DNA of 64,000 nt from Polyangiales bacterium (GTDB lineage: Bacteria; Myxococcota_A; Polyangia; Polyangiales; Ga0077539), in NCBI GenBank assembly GCA_044229975.1, contig JBGARZ010000008.1, positions 367,408-431,407 on the forward strand, read 5' to 3'. The notes beneath the pieces are model-generated. The model had not been told where the DNA came from, made no database searches, and saw only the letters and a list, made by a program, of their open reading frames with translations. The number at the start of each line of letters is the position of its first letter. Positions within the stretch are counted from its first letter, which is position 1. The position numbers and the translations under genes are program-made. Below are positions 9,165-17,696 of the stretch, piece after piece.

Positions 9165-10063
9165 CCGTCGAGCCCGGCCCGCGCGCCTTCGAGGATCGCA
9201 GCCACGGCCGGGTGCTCCAGCCGCGCGTCGGTGGTGATCGCGTAGTAGCGCTCGCGCAGCTTGTCGGAGCGACCGACGACGGCCACGGCGTTGTCGCGGC
9301 AGACCTCCTCCTCGACGGCCGACGGCGCCGGGAAGACGCCCACTCCCGCGCGCCCGAAGGAGGACATGGTCGCGCCGTCATCGAACTCGGCGACCACCAC
9401 AGGGTGGATGCGGAGGTTCTCGAACCACAGGTTGAGCGAGCGCCGCATCGCGGTGTTGTCGGTGGGCATCAGCATCGGCGCGCGGTCGAGTGAGCGGGGG
9501 AAGCCGCGGCGGTAGCGGTCGGCGAGCGACGCCTTGGCGAAGAAGGTGACGCCGCACTCGCCGAGCAGGTGGTTGTAGCCGCGGAGTTGAACCGCGGTGC
9601 CGATGGGTCCGTCGCTGAGCACCACGTCGAAGCGACGCGCCGAGAGGTCGGCCAGGAGCCGGTCGCCCTTGTCCTCGCGACACACGAGATGCACCGGCTG
9701 CGACAACCGCAGCACCGGCGCGAGCAGCCGATGCACGAGCGTCTTCGGGATCACATCAACGACACCCACGGCCAGCCGCAGCGGGTGACCGGCGGGCTGG
9801 CGCTCGACGGCGTTTACGAGGTCCTGCCCCAGCGCGAAGATCTCCTGGGCGTAGCGGTAGACGACGGTTCCGGCCTCGGTGAGCGCGAGCCCGCGACCGG
9901 CGCGCTCGAAGAGCTTGCGGCCGAGACCCCGCTCCAGCTCCTTGAGCTGGAGGCTGATGGTCGGCTGCGACACCCGCAGCTCCTCGGCCGCGCGAACGAT
10001 GCTGCCCTCGCGCGCGACCACCCAGAAGTACTGGAGGTGATGGAAGTTGAGCGTCTTCGTCAT
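9104..10063 (-). CDS. nhaR: LysR-family regulator, NhaR-like
   Basis: LNFHHLQYFWVVAREGSIVRAAEELRVSQPTIS HTH, plus YNHLLGECGVTFF and EFDD motifs typical of NhaR. Confidence 0.85.
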   Translation of the reverse strand: MTKTLNFHHLQYFWVVAREGSIVRAAEELRVSQPTISLQLKELERGLGRKLFERAGRGLALTEAGTVVYRYAQEIFALGQDLVNAVERQPAGHPLRLAVGVVDVIPKTLVHRLLAPVLRLSQPVHLVCREDKGDRLLADLSARRFDVVLSDGPIGTAVQLRGYNHLLGECGVTFFAKASLADRYRRGFPRSLDRAPMLMPTDNTAMRRSLNLWFENLRIHPVVVAEFDDGATMSSFGRAGVGVFPAPSAVEEEVCRDNAVAVVGRSDKLRERYYAITTDARLEHPAVAAILEGARAGLDGQSREVQRRSSARVVPARES

Positions 10064-10173
10064 GCGTCCTCCGCGTCGCAGCCACTGTTAGCCAGGACCA
10101 ATGAATACCCTTGAAACTTTGTCATGGTCTAACCCGACCCGAGAACCATGTTCTGTCTCGAACGGAGGCACTC

Positions 10174-10524
10174 ATGGACATCGACATCAGGGCGATCGGC
10201 TTCGAACTCTCCCCCGCTCTCGCGCAGCGCGTCGACGCGCAGGTGCGGACGGCGCTCTCCTCTTCGGGCGAGCACATCACCGGGGTCACGGTGCGTCTCG
10301 ACGACGTCAACGGTGAACGCGGCGGCCCCGACAAGCGCTGCCGCATGGTGGTGTCGCTCGCCCGCCACGGCACCACCGTCGTGACCGTCACGGCGACCGA
10401 CCTCTACGCCGCCATCGACGACGCCGCGAAGCGACTCCGCCGCGCCGCACAGCGCTCGCTCACCCGCCACGTCGGCCGCGAGCGGAAAGACCCGCAGCGC
10501 CCCGGAACGCTCGTCGACGCGTAG
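10174..10524 (+). CDS. HPF/RaiA (Ribosomal_S30AE)-like protein
   Basis: GGAGG SD. VTVRLDDVNGERGGPDKRC...DLYAAID motifs. Divergent from nhaR. Confidence 0.8.
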   Translation: MDIDIRAIGFELSPALAQRVDAQVRTALSSSGEHITGVTVRLDDVNGERGGPDKRCRMVVSLARHGTTVVTVTATDLYAAIDDAAKRLRRAAQRSLTRHVGRERKDPQRPGTLVDA

Positions 10525-10571
10525 GTTCCCACCTCGACGCGACATCCCCCCGGTCGCACATGGGGCGTCGC

Positions 10572-12125
10572 ATGCCCCGGCCCGCCGCGCTCCTCTCCCT
10601 CCTCGCGCTCTCGCTCGCCCCCACCGCGGCGCGCGCCTTCTCCTTCGAGTCGGCGTTTTCCGACGGCTGCCACGAGCGCATCACCCGCGCCGCCGTCCGT
10701 CGCGTCGGCTGGCCCGGCGGTGCCCAGCCGCCTGCGCTCTCCGCCGAGAATGCCCTGCGCCTCTCGCGCGACCTCCCCTTCGCGCTCACCGCCGACGACC
10801 ACAACCCGTGGACCCTCGCGCTCGTCCTCGGCGCCCGCGACAACGACCTGCACGGCTACGCCGCCAGTGACTTCCAGGAGCTCGCCGTCGTCCACTCGGC
10901 CGCCGAAGACCAGCGCGAGCACTGCCTCCGCTCGCCCACCGACGACGGCCCCGAAGGCGACGTCACCGCGCTCGCCTCGTGCCGCGGATTCATCCTGAGC
11001 GAGCTCTCCCTCGCCATCGGCGACGGCGCCGACGTCGACCTCGCCGCCACCGAGTCCGTGCCGCTGAGTCTCCCCTTCAGCGGTCGGCGCGACGCCGCGG
11101 TGCAGCGCTACGGGTGGCACCTCGGGCGGGCGCTCCACGCCTTGCAGGACAGCTTCACGCATACGTTCCGCTCGCCCGACGGGCGGCGCGTGCGGCACGT
11201 CCTCAACTTCGTCGACCCCGCCCGCGGCGGCGACTACTCCGAGGCCCGCGACGGCCACGACCACGTCAACTCGCTCGACGGCTGCGACCCCGAGTCAGCC
11301 CGCGAGACGCACCGCGCCGACCTCGCCACCACCGCCAGCGAGCAGCTCCTCGGCGCCGTGGTCGACGCGACCGGCGGCTCTCCTGGCCGCCTCGCGCGAG
11401 CCACCGCCGTCCTCGACGCGTGGCTCACCGTCGAGCCCGGCTGCGTCTACGACAACCGCTGGTGCAACGCCCCCGAGGCAGACGAAGACAACGCCGCCGG
11501 CTGCTCCGCCTCGCCGTCCGCCCGCACCTCCACGGTGTCGCTCGTCGCCGCGCTCGCCGTCGCTGCGCTGCTGCTACGCCGTCGTCGATACGTCGCCGCG
11601 GTCGTGCTCGCCGCGAGCCTCTCGCTGCTCCCCCGCTCCGCCCGCGCCCAGTCGCCCTACGAGCCCGGTCGCTTCGCGGTGCGCGCGCTCGCTGGTGCCT
11701 CGCTCGACCGTGGCGCCATGGCGGTGTCCGTCGGCGCCCACTGGCGCGCCTCGTCGCGCTTCAGCCTCGGGATCACCACCGAGTACAACCCCTGGTATTC
11801 GCTGCCCACCGCCAGGCTCTTCGCGGGGGTGTTCAACGCCTACGCGACGGCGCAGTTCGCGTGGCGGCGCGTCGGCAACCTCGTGCTGCACTCCAGCGTC
11901 GACGTCGGCACCAGCGTCCTCCTCGACGGCCTCATCGGCGCCGAGGGCGGGACCGTCGGGCTCTACGCGGGCGCCAACATCCTCGGGGTCACCGTCGACC
12001 TCGGCCCGCACCTACGACTGGTGGTGTTGCCCGCGTCGGTGGGCATCCCCATCCCGCAGATGGCGCGGGTGCCCATCGTCTATCAGCAGTATCGCTTCTC
12101 CATCGGCGTCGAGTGGGAGTTCTGA
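10572..12125 (+). CDS. Secreted His-rich metallo-domain protein with internal MYXO-CTERM-like segment and C-terminal outer-membrane beta-barrel-like domain
   Basis: Signal ending ARA-F, CHERIT and HLGRALHALQDSFTH motifs, internal GCS...LLLRRRR, amphipathic strands ending GVEWEF. Confidence 0.75.
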   Translation: MPRPAALLSLLALSLAPTAARAFSFESAFSDGCHERITRAAVRRVGWPGGAQPPALSAENALRLSRDLPFALTADDHNPWTLALVLGARDNDLHGYAASDFQELAVVHSAAEDQREHCLRSPTDDGPEGDVTALASCRGFILSELSLAIGDGADVDLAATESVPLSLPFSGRRDAAVQRYGWHLGRALHALQDSFTHTFRSPDGRRVRHVLNFVDPARGGDYSEARDGHDHVNSLDGCDPESARETHRADLATTASEQLLGAVVDATGGSPGRLARATAVLDAWLTVEPGCVYDNRWCNAPEADEDNAAGCSASPSARTSTVSLVAALAVAALLLRRRRYVAAVVLAASLSLLPRSARAQSPYEPGRFAVRALAGASLDRGAMAVSVGAHWRASSRFSLGITTEYNPWYSLPTARLFAGVFNAYATAQFAWRRVGNLVLHSSVDVGTSVLLDGLIGAEGGTVGLYAGANILGVTVDLGPHLRLVVLPASVGIPIPQMARVPIVYQQYRFSIGVEWEF

Positions 12126-12157
12126 GCTCCTCCACCCGACGCCGCGGTCGGCGTTGA

Positions 12158-13978
12158 CTACTCCGCGGTCTCGCGACGCGCCGGGCGGAACGACGCGCTC
12201 AAGATCGCCTTGCGCACGCGCACGTTGAGCGGGGTGACCTCGACGAGCTCGTCGCGATCGATCCACTCCATGGCGGTCTCCACCGTGAGCACGCGCGGGG
12301 GGTAGAGGGCGACGTTCTCGTCCTTGCCGGCAGTGCGTACGCTGGTGAGCTTCTTCTCGCGGATGATGTTCACGTCGGCGTCGTTGGGGCGGTTGTGCTC
12401 GCCGACGATCATGCCTTCGTAGACGGGCGCGCCCACGCCGACGAAGAACTCGCCGCGCGGCTGGAGGTGGAAGAGCGCGTACGGGGTGCACGTGCCCGCG
12501 CGGTCGGCGACCATCGCGCCGTTGGTGCGGCGCATCATCGGACCCGCCCACTCCTTCCACCCGTGGAACTCGGTGTTGAGCAGACCCGTCCCTCGCGTGG
12601 AGGTGAGGAACTCGCTGCGGAACCCGATGAGCGCCCGCGAGGGCACCTCGAACTCCACCCGCGCGCGGCCCTTGCCCGGGTTGCTCATGTTGACCATGAC
12701 GCCCTTGCGGTCGCCGAGGCGCTGCGTGACCACACCGACGAAGTTGTCGGGCACGTCGGCGATGACCAGCTCCAGCGGCTCGTGCAGCTTGCCGTCGATC
12801 TCCTTGGTGACCACCTCGGGGTTGCCCAGCGACAGCTCGTAGAGGTCGCGGCGCAGCGTCTCGACCAGCACCGCCAGCGCCAGCTCGCCGCGCCCGTAGA
12901 CGAGAAACTGGTCGGCGCTCTCGGTGTCTTCCACGCGCACGGCCGGGTTCTTCCGGGCCTCGCGGTGGAGGCGCTCGCGGATCTGCCGCGACGTGAGGTA
13001 CTTGCCCCCGTCCTTGCCCGCGAAGGGCGAGGTGTTCACGCCGAAGCGCATCTTGATGGTGGGCTCCTCGACGTGGATGCGCGGCAGCACCTTCTGGTGC
13101 AGCGGATCGGTGAGCGTGTCGCCGATGGTCACCTCGTCGATGCCCGCGATGGCGATGTTTTCGCCGGCGCCCGCGTCGGGGGTGCGCTTGCGCGCGAGGC
13201 CCTCGTAGTTGAAGAGCACCGCGATCTTCGCCTCGGTGGTCTTGTCGGCGCCGATGACGGAGAGGCGGTCGCCCTCCTTGACGGTGCCCTGCACCACGCG
13301 CCCGATGGCGATGCGGCCCACGTAGTCGTCGTGGTCGAGGCTGGTCACGATGATCTGCGTCGGCGCCTTCGGGTCGCCCGTCGGCGCGGGCACGCGCTTG
13401 ACGATGGTGTCCATCAGCGGCGCGAGGTCGGTGTTGGTGTCGCTGAGGTTGTACCGGGCGATGCCCAGCTTGCCGATCGCGTAGAGCGTCGCGAAGTCGG
13501 CCTGCGCGTCGCTCGCTTCGAGGTCACAGAAGAGGTCGAACACCTCGGAGAGAACCTCCTCGGGGCGCGCGTCCTGGCGGTCGATCTTGTTGACGACGAC
13601 CACCACCGGAAACCCACGGGCAAGCGCCTTGCGGAGGACGAAGCGGGTCTGCGGGAGGGGCCCTTCGGCCGCGTCGACGAGGAGCAGGGCCGCGTCGGCC
13701 ATCATGAGGGTGCGCTCGACCTCGCCGCCGAAGTCCGAGTGTCCGGGGGTGTCGATGATGTTGATCTTGTACTCGCCCCAGCGCACCGAGGTGTTCTTGG
13801 CGAGGATGGTGATGCCGCGCTCGCGCTCCTGGTCGTTGGAGTCCATCACGCGGTCGACCATCTCCTCGTTCGCGCGGAAGACGCCCGACTGGCGGAGCAT
13901 GAAGTCGACGAGGGTGGTCTTGCCGTGGTCGACGTGGGCGACGATGGCGACGTTGCGGATCTTGTCTTGGGGAATCAT
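12158..13978 (-). CDS. typA: Translational GTPase TypA/BipA
   Basis: IRNVAIVAHVDHGKTT, ERGITILAKN, DTPGHSDFGGEVER, NKID, GRGEL and YEGMIVGEH motifs. Confidence 0.97.
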   Translation of the reverse strand: MIPQDKIRNVAIVAHVDHGKTTLVDFMLRQSGVFRANEEMVDRVMDSNDQERERGITILAKNTSVRWGEYKINIIDTPGHSDFGGEVERTLMMADAALLLVDAAEGPLPQTRFVLRKALARGFPVVVVVNKIDRQDARPEEVLSEVFDLFCDLEASDAQADFATLYAIGKLGIARYNLSDTNTDLAPLMDTIVKRVPAPTGDPKAPTQIIVTSLDHDDYVGRIAIGRVVQGTVKEGDRLSVIGADKTTEAKIAVLFNYEGLARKRTPDAGAGENIAIAGIDEVTIGDTLTDPLHQKVLPRIHVEEPTIKMRFGVNTSPFAGKDGGKYLTSRQIRERLHREARKNPAVRVEDTESADQFLVYGRGELALAVLVETLRRDLYELSLGNPEVVTKEIDGKLHEPLELVIADVPDNFVGVVTQRLGDRKGVMVNMSNPGKGRARVEFEVPSRALIGFRSEFLTSTRGTGLLNTEFHGWKEWAGPMMRRTNGAMVADRAGTCTPYALFHLQPRGEFFVGVGAPVYEGMIVGEHNRPNDADVNIIREKKLTSVRTAGKDENVALYPPRVLTVETAMEWIDRDELVEVTPLNVRVRKAILSASFRPARRETAE

Positions 13979-14014
13979 GGCGGGCGGCGCCCTACCACGG
14001 TACGCGGGGAAAGC

Positions 14015-15187
14015 CTAGTCGCGGGTCGGCACGGGACCAGCGTCGTAGGCGGGGATGCCCGTGACGGCCTGACCGAGCACCAGCGTGTGGATGTCGTGCG
14101 TGCCCTCGTAGGTGATGACCGTCTCGAGGTTCATCAGGTGGCGCCCGATGGGGTACTCGTAGGTGATCCCGTTGCCGCCGAGGATGTCACGGCACTGCCG
14201 CGCGATGACCAGCGCCATGTGCACGTTGTTGCGCTTGGCGAGCGACACCTGCGCGGGCTTCATCTGCTTGGCTTCCTTCAGCCGACCGAGCCGCCACGCG
14301 ACGAGCTTCGCCTTGGTGATCTCGGTGATCATCTCGGCGAACTTCGCCTGCACGAGCTGGTAGCCCGCGATGGGCCGCGAGAACTGCACGCGGTTCTTCG
14401 CGTAGTCGACGGCGCAGTCGAAGCACGCCTCGGCGGCGCCGATGGCCCCCCAGGAGATGCCGTAGCGCGCGTTGGTGAGGCACCCGAGCGGCCCCTTGAG
14501 ACCCTGCACGTTGGGCATGAGCGCCGACTCCGGCACCTCGACGTCTTCGAGGATGAGCTCGCTCGTGACCGACGCGCGCAGCGAAAACTTCCGCTCGATC
14601 TTCTGCGCCGTGAACCCCGGCGTGTTGGTGGGAACCACGAAGCCGCGGATGACCCCGTCGAGCTTCGCCCAGATGACGGCGACGTCGGCGATGTTGCCGT
14701 TGGTGATCCACCGCTTGGTGCCGTTGAGCACGAAGCCCTTGTCGGTGCGGTCGGCCCTGGTGATCATCCCGCCGGGGTTGGAGCCGAAGTCCGGCTCGGT
14801 GAGGCCGAAGCAGCCGACGGCCTCGCCCTTCGCGAGCTTCGGCAGCCACTCCTGCTTCTGCTCCTCGGAGCCGTAGGCGTAGATCGGGTACATCACCAGC
14901 GCGCCCTGCACCGAGCAGAACGACCGGATGCCCGAGTCGCAGCGTTCGAGCTCCTGCATCACGAGGCCGTAGGCGACGTCGCCCATGCCCGCGCAGCCGT
15001 AGCCGTGGAGGTTGGCGCCGAGGAGCCCCAGCCGACCGAACTCGGGGATGAGCTCGGTGGGGAAGGTTCCATCCTCGTAGTGCTTGGAGATGATCGGCTG
15101 GATCTTGGCGTCGACGAAGGCCCGCACGCTGTCGCGGACCATGCGCTCTTCCTCGGTCAGCAGCTCACTGATGTCGTAGAAATCCAC
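14015..15187 (-). CDS. Acyl-CoA dehydrogenase, glutaryl-CoA dehydrogenase-like
   Basis: GCFGLTEPDFGSNP, NGTKRWITNG, SLRASVT, ILGGNGI and TYEGTHDIH motifs. GTG 15187 follows a GAGAGGAG SD. Confidence 0.9.
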   Translation of the reverse strand: MDFYDISELLTEEERMVRDSVRAFVDAKIQPIISKHYEDGTFPTELIPEFGRLGLLGANLHGYGCAGMGDVAYGLVMQELERCDSGIRSFCSVQGALVMYPIYAYGSEEQKQEWLPKLAKGEAVGCFGLTEPDFGSNPGGMITRADRTDKGFVLNGTKRWITNGNIADVAVIWAKLDGVIRGFVVPTNTPGFTAQKIERKFSLRASVTSELILEDVEVPESALMPNVQGLKGPLGCLTNARYGISWGAIGAAEACFDCAVDYAKNRVQFSRPIAGYQLVQAKFAEMITEITKAKLVAWRLGRLKEAKQMKPAQVSLAKRNNVHMALVIARQCRDILGGNGITYEYPIGRHLMNLETVITYEGTHDIHTLVLGQAVTGIPAYDAGPVPTRD

Positions 15188-15276
15188 GGATATTCGGCTC
15201 CTCTCGGGCGCGGACCCTACCACTGGTGCCCCGCGCGAGCGGCCCACGTTGCCGAGAGATTTTCTCCACGAGTTGC

Positions 15277-15306
15277 TTGACAGTCCCCGCGTGATCGAGT
15301 TTATTG
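15277..15306 (+). promoter_or_regulatory. Putative sigma70 promoter of the tRNA gene
   Basis: TTGACA at 15277-15282 and AT-rich TTTATT 17 bp downstream, just before the tRNA. Confidence 0.55.
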
Positions 15307-15318
15307 CGCGTCCCCGAT

Positions 15319-15391
<73 letters not shown>

Positions 15392-15411
15392 CAAAAAACC
15401 CTGAAAAGGTC

Positions 15412-15449
15412 ACAAAGGCCGGTCCGCTTCACCGCGGGTCGGCCTTTGT
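15412..15449. terminator. Stem-loop downstream of tRNA, probable terminator
   Basis: ACAAAGGCCG ... CGGCCTTTGT inverted repeat. Confidence 0.6.
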
Positions 15450-15614
15450 CGTGTCCGGGCTCCGCGAGTTCTGACCGTCCGTTCGTGATTTCGGGCTTGC
15501 GAAACCTACCTCCGGACAGGCAGAGGGAGGGAGAGTCGTCGGGCTTGCGCGAGAGGTACACGTTGGGCACCATCGCTTGAGCCTGTTTTCAGGGCAATTC
15601 ACTCAGGATGTGCC

Positions 15615-16379
15615 ATGGCGGTGCGCGTAAAACTCGATGAGAAGCTGAAGGTCCTGGAGGAGCATCTCGCCGCCCAGGACGAGTCGGTGCTGGCGCAGTT
15701 CCAGGAGCGCCTCGACATGTCGTGGATCTTCCACGACACGGCGCTGGAGGGCACGGTGCTGTCCTTCCACGAGCTGAAGAGCGCCATCGACCGCGACGTG
15801 GTCTCCGACGTCTCGCTCATCCCGACCTACGACGAGATCCGCGCCCACAAGGCGGCCATCGATCTGGTGCGGGAGTTTGCGGCCAACAAGAAGAAGCACC
15901 CGCTGACGATGGACCTGCTGAAGCAGCTCCAGGCGACCATCTCGCCCGACGACGCCGAGGTGCGCGACGGGACGTGGCGCAAGGAGACCCCCGTCCATCG
16001 GCTGTACTTCCATGACATCTCGGCGCCCGACAAGATCGCCGGCGAGATCAAGAAGCTCGACGACTGGCTGCAAGACCCGGAGACCCGCAAGGCCAACTCC
16101 CTCCGCACGGCGTCGAAGCTGCACTTCAAGCTCATGCAGATCTTCCCGTTCTCCAAGCACACCGGGAAGCTCGCCCGCCTGGGGATGAACCTCGTGTTGC
16201 TGCGCGCGGGCTACCCCCCGGCGATCATCCACTCGACCGAGCGGCAGCGGTACTACGAGAGCCTCAAGGGCCCGAGCCTCACGCTGCACAACCTCATGGT
16301 CGACTCGCTGGAAAACTCCATCGAGAGCGCGATCAAGCTCTTCGCCGAGCAGCGCACCGGCCGCCGCGCGATGGCGTAG
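15615..16379 (+). CDS. Fic/Doc-family protein with degenerate active site
   Basis: HDTALEG resembles the (S/T)xxxE(G/N) motif. GTWRK flap. IFPFSKHTGKLAR replaces HPFxDGNGRxxR. GYPP and RQRYYESL also present. Confidence 0.82.
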   Translation: MAVRVKLDEKLKVLEEHLAAQDESVLAQFQERLDMSWIFHDTALEGTVLSFHELKSAIDRDVVSDVSLIPTYDEIRAHKAAIDLVREFAANKKKHPLTMDLLKQLQATISPDDAEVRDGTWRKETPVHRLYFHDISAPDKIAGEIKKLDDWLQDPETRKANSLRTASKLHFKLMQIFPFSKHTGKLARLGMNLVLLRAGYPPAIIHSTERQRYYESLKGPSLTLHNLMVDSLENSIESAIKLFAEQRTGRRAMA

Positions 16380-16471
16380 CCATCCCGTCGCAAGGTCACC
16401 GCGCCCGGCCGCCGCGGGTTGAAAACCCACGGCAGCCGGGCGCGATGACCTTCAAAGAGAAGGCTGAGGGA

Positions 16472-16603
16472 TCAGCGCTTGTCCCGCTGCTGCTTGCGGC
16501 GCACCTCGTCGCGCACCGCCCTCGCGCCCATCGTGTACCCGATGAACACCCCGAGCAGCAGCACGCCCGGGATGAACACCACGTGCTCGGGCGTCGGGAT
16601 CAC
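16472..16603 (-). CDS. 43-aa single-TM small protein (not in ORF track)
   Basis: MIPTPEHVVFIPGVLLLGVFIGYTMGARAVRDEVRRKQQRDKR*. Its GTG overlaps the upstream gene's TGA. Confidence 0.65.
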   Translation of the reverse strand: MIPTPEHVVFIPGVLLLGVFIGYTMGARAVRDEVRRKQQRDKR

Positions 16604-16914
16604 TGTGCCTCGTCCCCGTCACCCCGCTTCGCCAGCGCGTCTTCGAGCGAGCGCACGTCCTCCTCCAGCTTCGCCGCGCTCCTCGCCACGTAGGCCACGT
16701 ACCCGCCGATGGCCAGCACCGCGAACCCGTAGGCCAGCACCACCAACCGCCCGCCCGGAACCCTCTCCTGCGCCGCGTCGCCGAGCCCCGGCTCGAAGGC
16801 CATCGCGCGCCCGCCCGCCGGATCACCCGACGCCGGCTGCGCCCCCGCGCCACCCGCCAGCAGCGCCACGAGCGCCCCTGCGAATACACCCTGCCGTAAA
16901 ACCCTCGCGCGCAT
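16600..16914 (-). CDS. CcmD-like small membrane protein with N-terminal extension
   Basis: Directly downstream of ccmC. LVVLAYGFAVLAIGGYVAYV TM is followed by a charged coiled tail. Confidence 0.65.
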   Translation of the reverse strand: MRARVLRQGVFAGALVALLAGGAGAQPASGDPAGGRAMAFEPGLGDAAQERVPGGRLVVLAYGFAVLAIGGYVAYVARSAAKLEEDVRSLEDALAKRGDGDEAQ

Positions 16915-16916
16915 GA

Positions 16917-17618
16917 TCAGGCCACCTCTCCGTCCAACAACCCGCGGGCGACCGCGTCGGTGCGCAGCGCCTCCAGCTTCGCCCGCTGCAACATCAGCCG
17001 CGACCGCAGCGTCAGCAGCACCGCCGCCATCAACGTAAACGCCAGGAACCCCATGGTGAGCGTCTGCGCCATGGCGTGCGCCACCCCGCCGCCGCGCGAG
17101 GTGATGACCGTCGGGTGCTGCCCCCGCCAGAGCAGCACGCTGTAATGGATCACCGGCATCACGCAGGCCCCCATCACCGCGAGCGCCGCCGAGAACTTCT
17201 TCTCCGCCTCGCCCGCTGACTGTCCCCCGCGCAGCACGAGGTACGCCGTGAAGATGAGCGCGCCCAGCAGCGTGGTGGTGAGCCGCGGGTCCCACGCCCA
17301 GTACGCGCCCCATGCCTTGCGCGCCCAGAGCGGGCCCGTCACCAGCACGATGCACGCGAAGAGCACCCCGAGCTCGGCCCCGGCCTGCGCCAGCGCGTCC
17401 CACCCAGGGCGCTTCTGCACGAGGTACCCGATGGAACCCGACACGCAGGCCGTCACGCCGATGTACATGACGTACGCGCTCGGCACGTGGATGTAGAAGA
17501 TCTTCTGCGCGAGGCCCCCGGCCGAGAGCTGCGCCACCGGCGCATACCCGAACGCCAGCCCGATGGTCACCGCCAGGCAACCGAAGGCAACGATGGAAAG
17601 AAGCGAGAGCCACCGCAT
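16917..17618 (-). CDS. ccmC: Heme exporter / cytochrome c biogenesis protein CcmC
   Basis: IFYIHVPSA, TGPLWARKAWGAYWAWDPRLT (WWD domain) and IHYSV.LWRGQHP motifs. Confidence 0.93.
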   Translation of the reverse strand: MRWLSLLSIVAFGCLAVTIGLAFGYAPVAQLSAGGLAQKIFYIHVPSAYVMYIGVTACVSGSIGYLVQKRPGWDALAQAGAELGVLFACIVLVTGPLWARKAWGAYWAWDPRLTTTLLGALIFTAYLVLRGGQSAGEAEKKFSAALAVMGACVMPVIHYSVLLWRGQHPTVITSRGGGVAHAMAQTLTMGFLAFTLMAAVLLTLRSRLMLQRAKLEALRTDAVARGLLDGEVA

Positions 17619-17696
17619 GATCGGCGCGCACCCTAGTACAGACACCGCGCTAAGCAACGCCCCTGCGACCGCGAAAATCATGCGGCGAGGTGCGCC

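Noticed and set aside
12395..15280. Long antisense ORFs (also 37477-41226, 42893-45631, 56120-59563)
   Set aside because: These are shadow frames of real high-GC genes, with no motifs and biased composition.
15563..15582. Sigma54 promoter upstream of the Fic gene
   Set aside because: TGGGCAC is present, but the GG-N10-GC spacing is not met.
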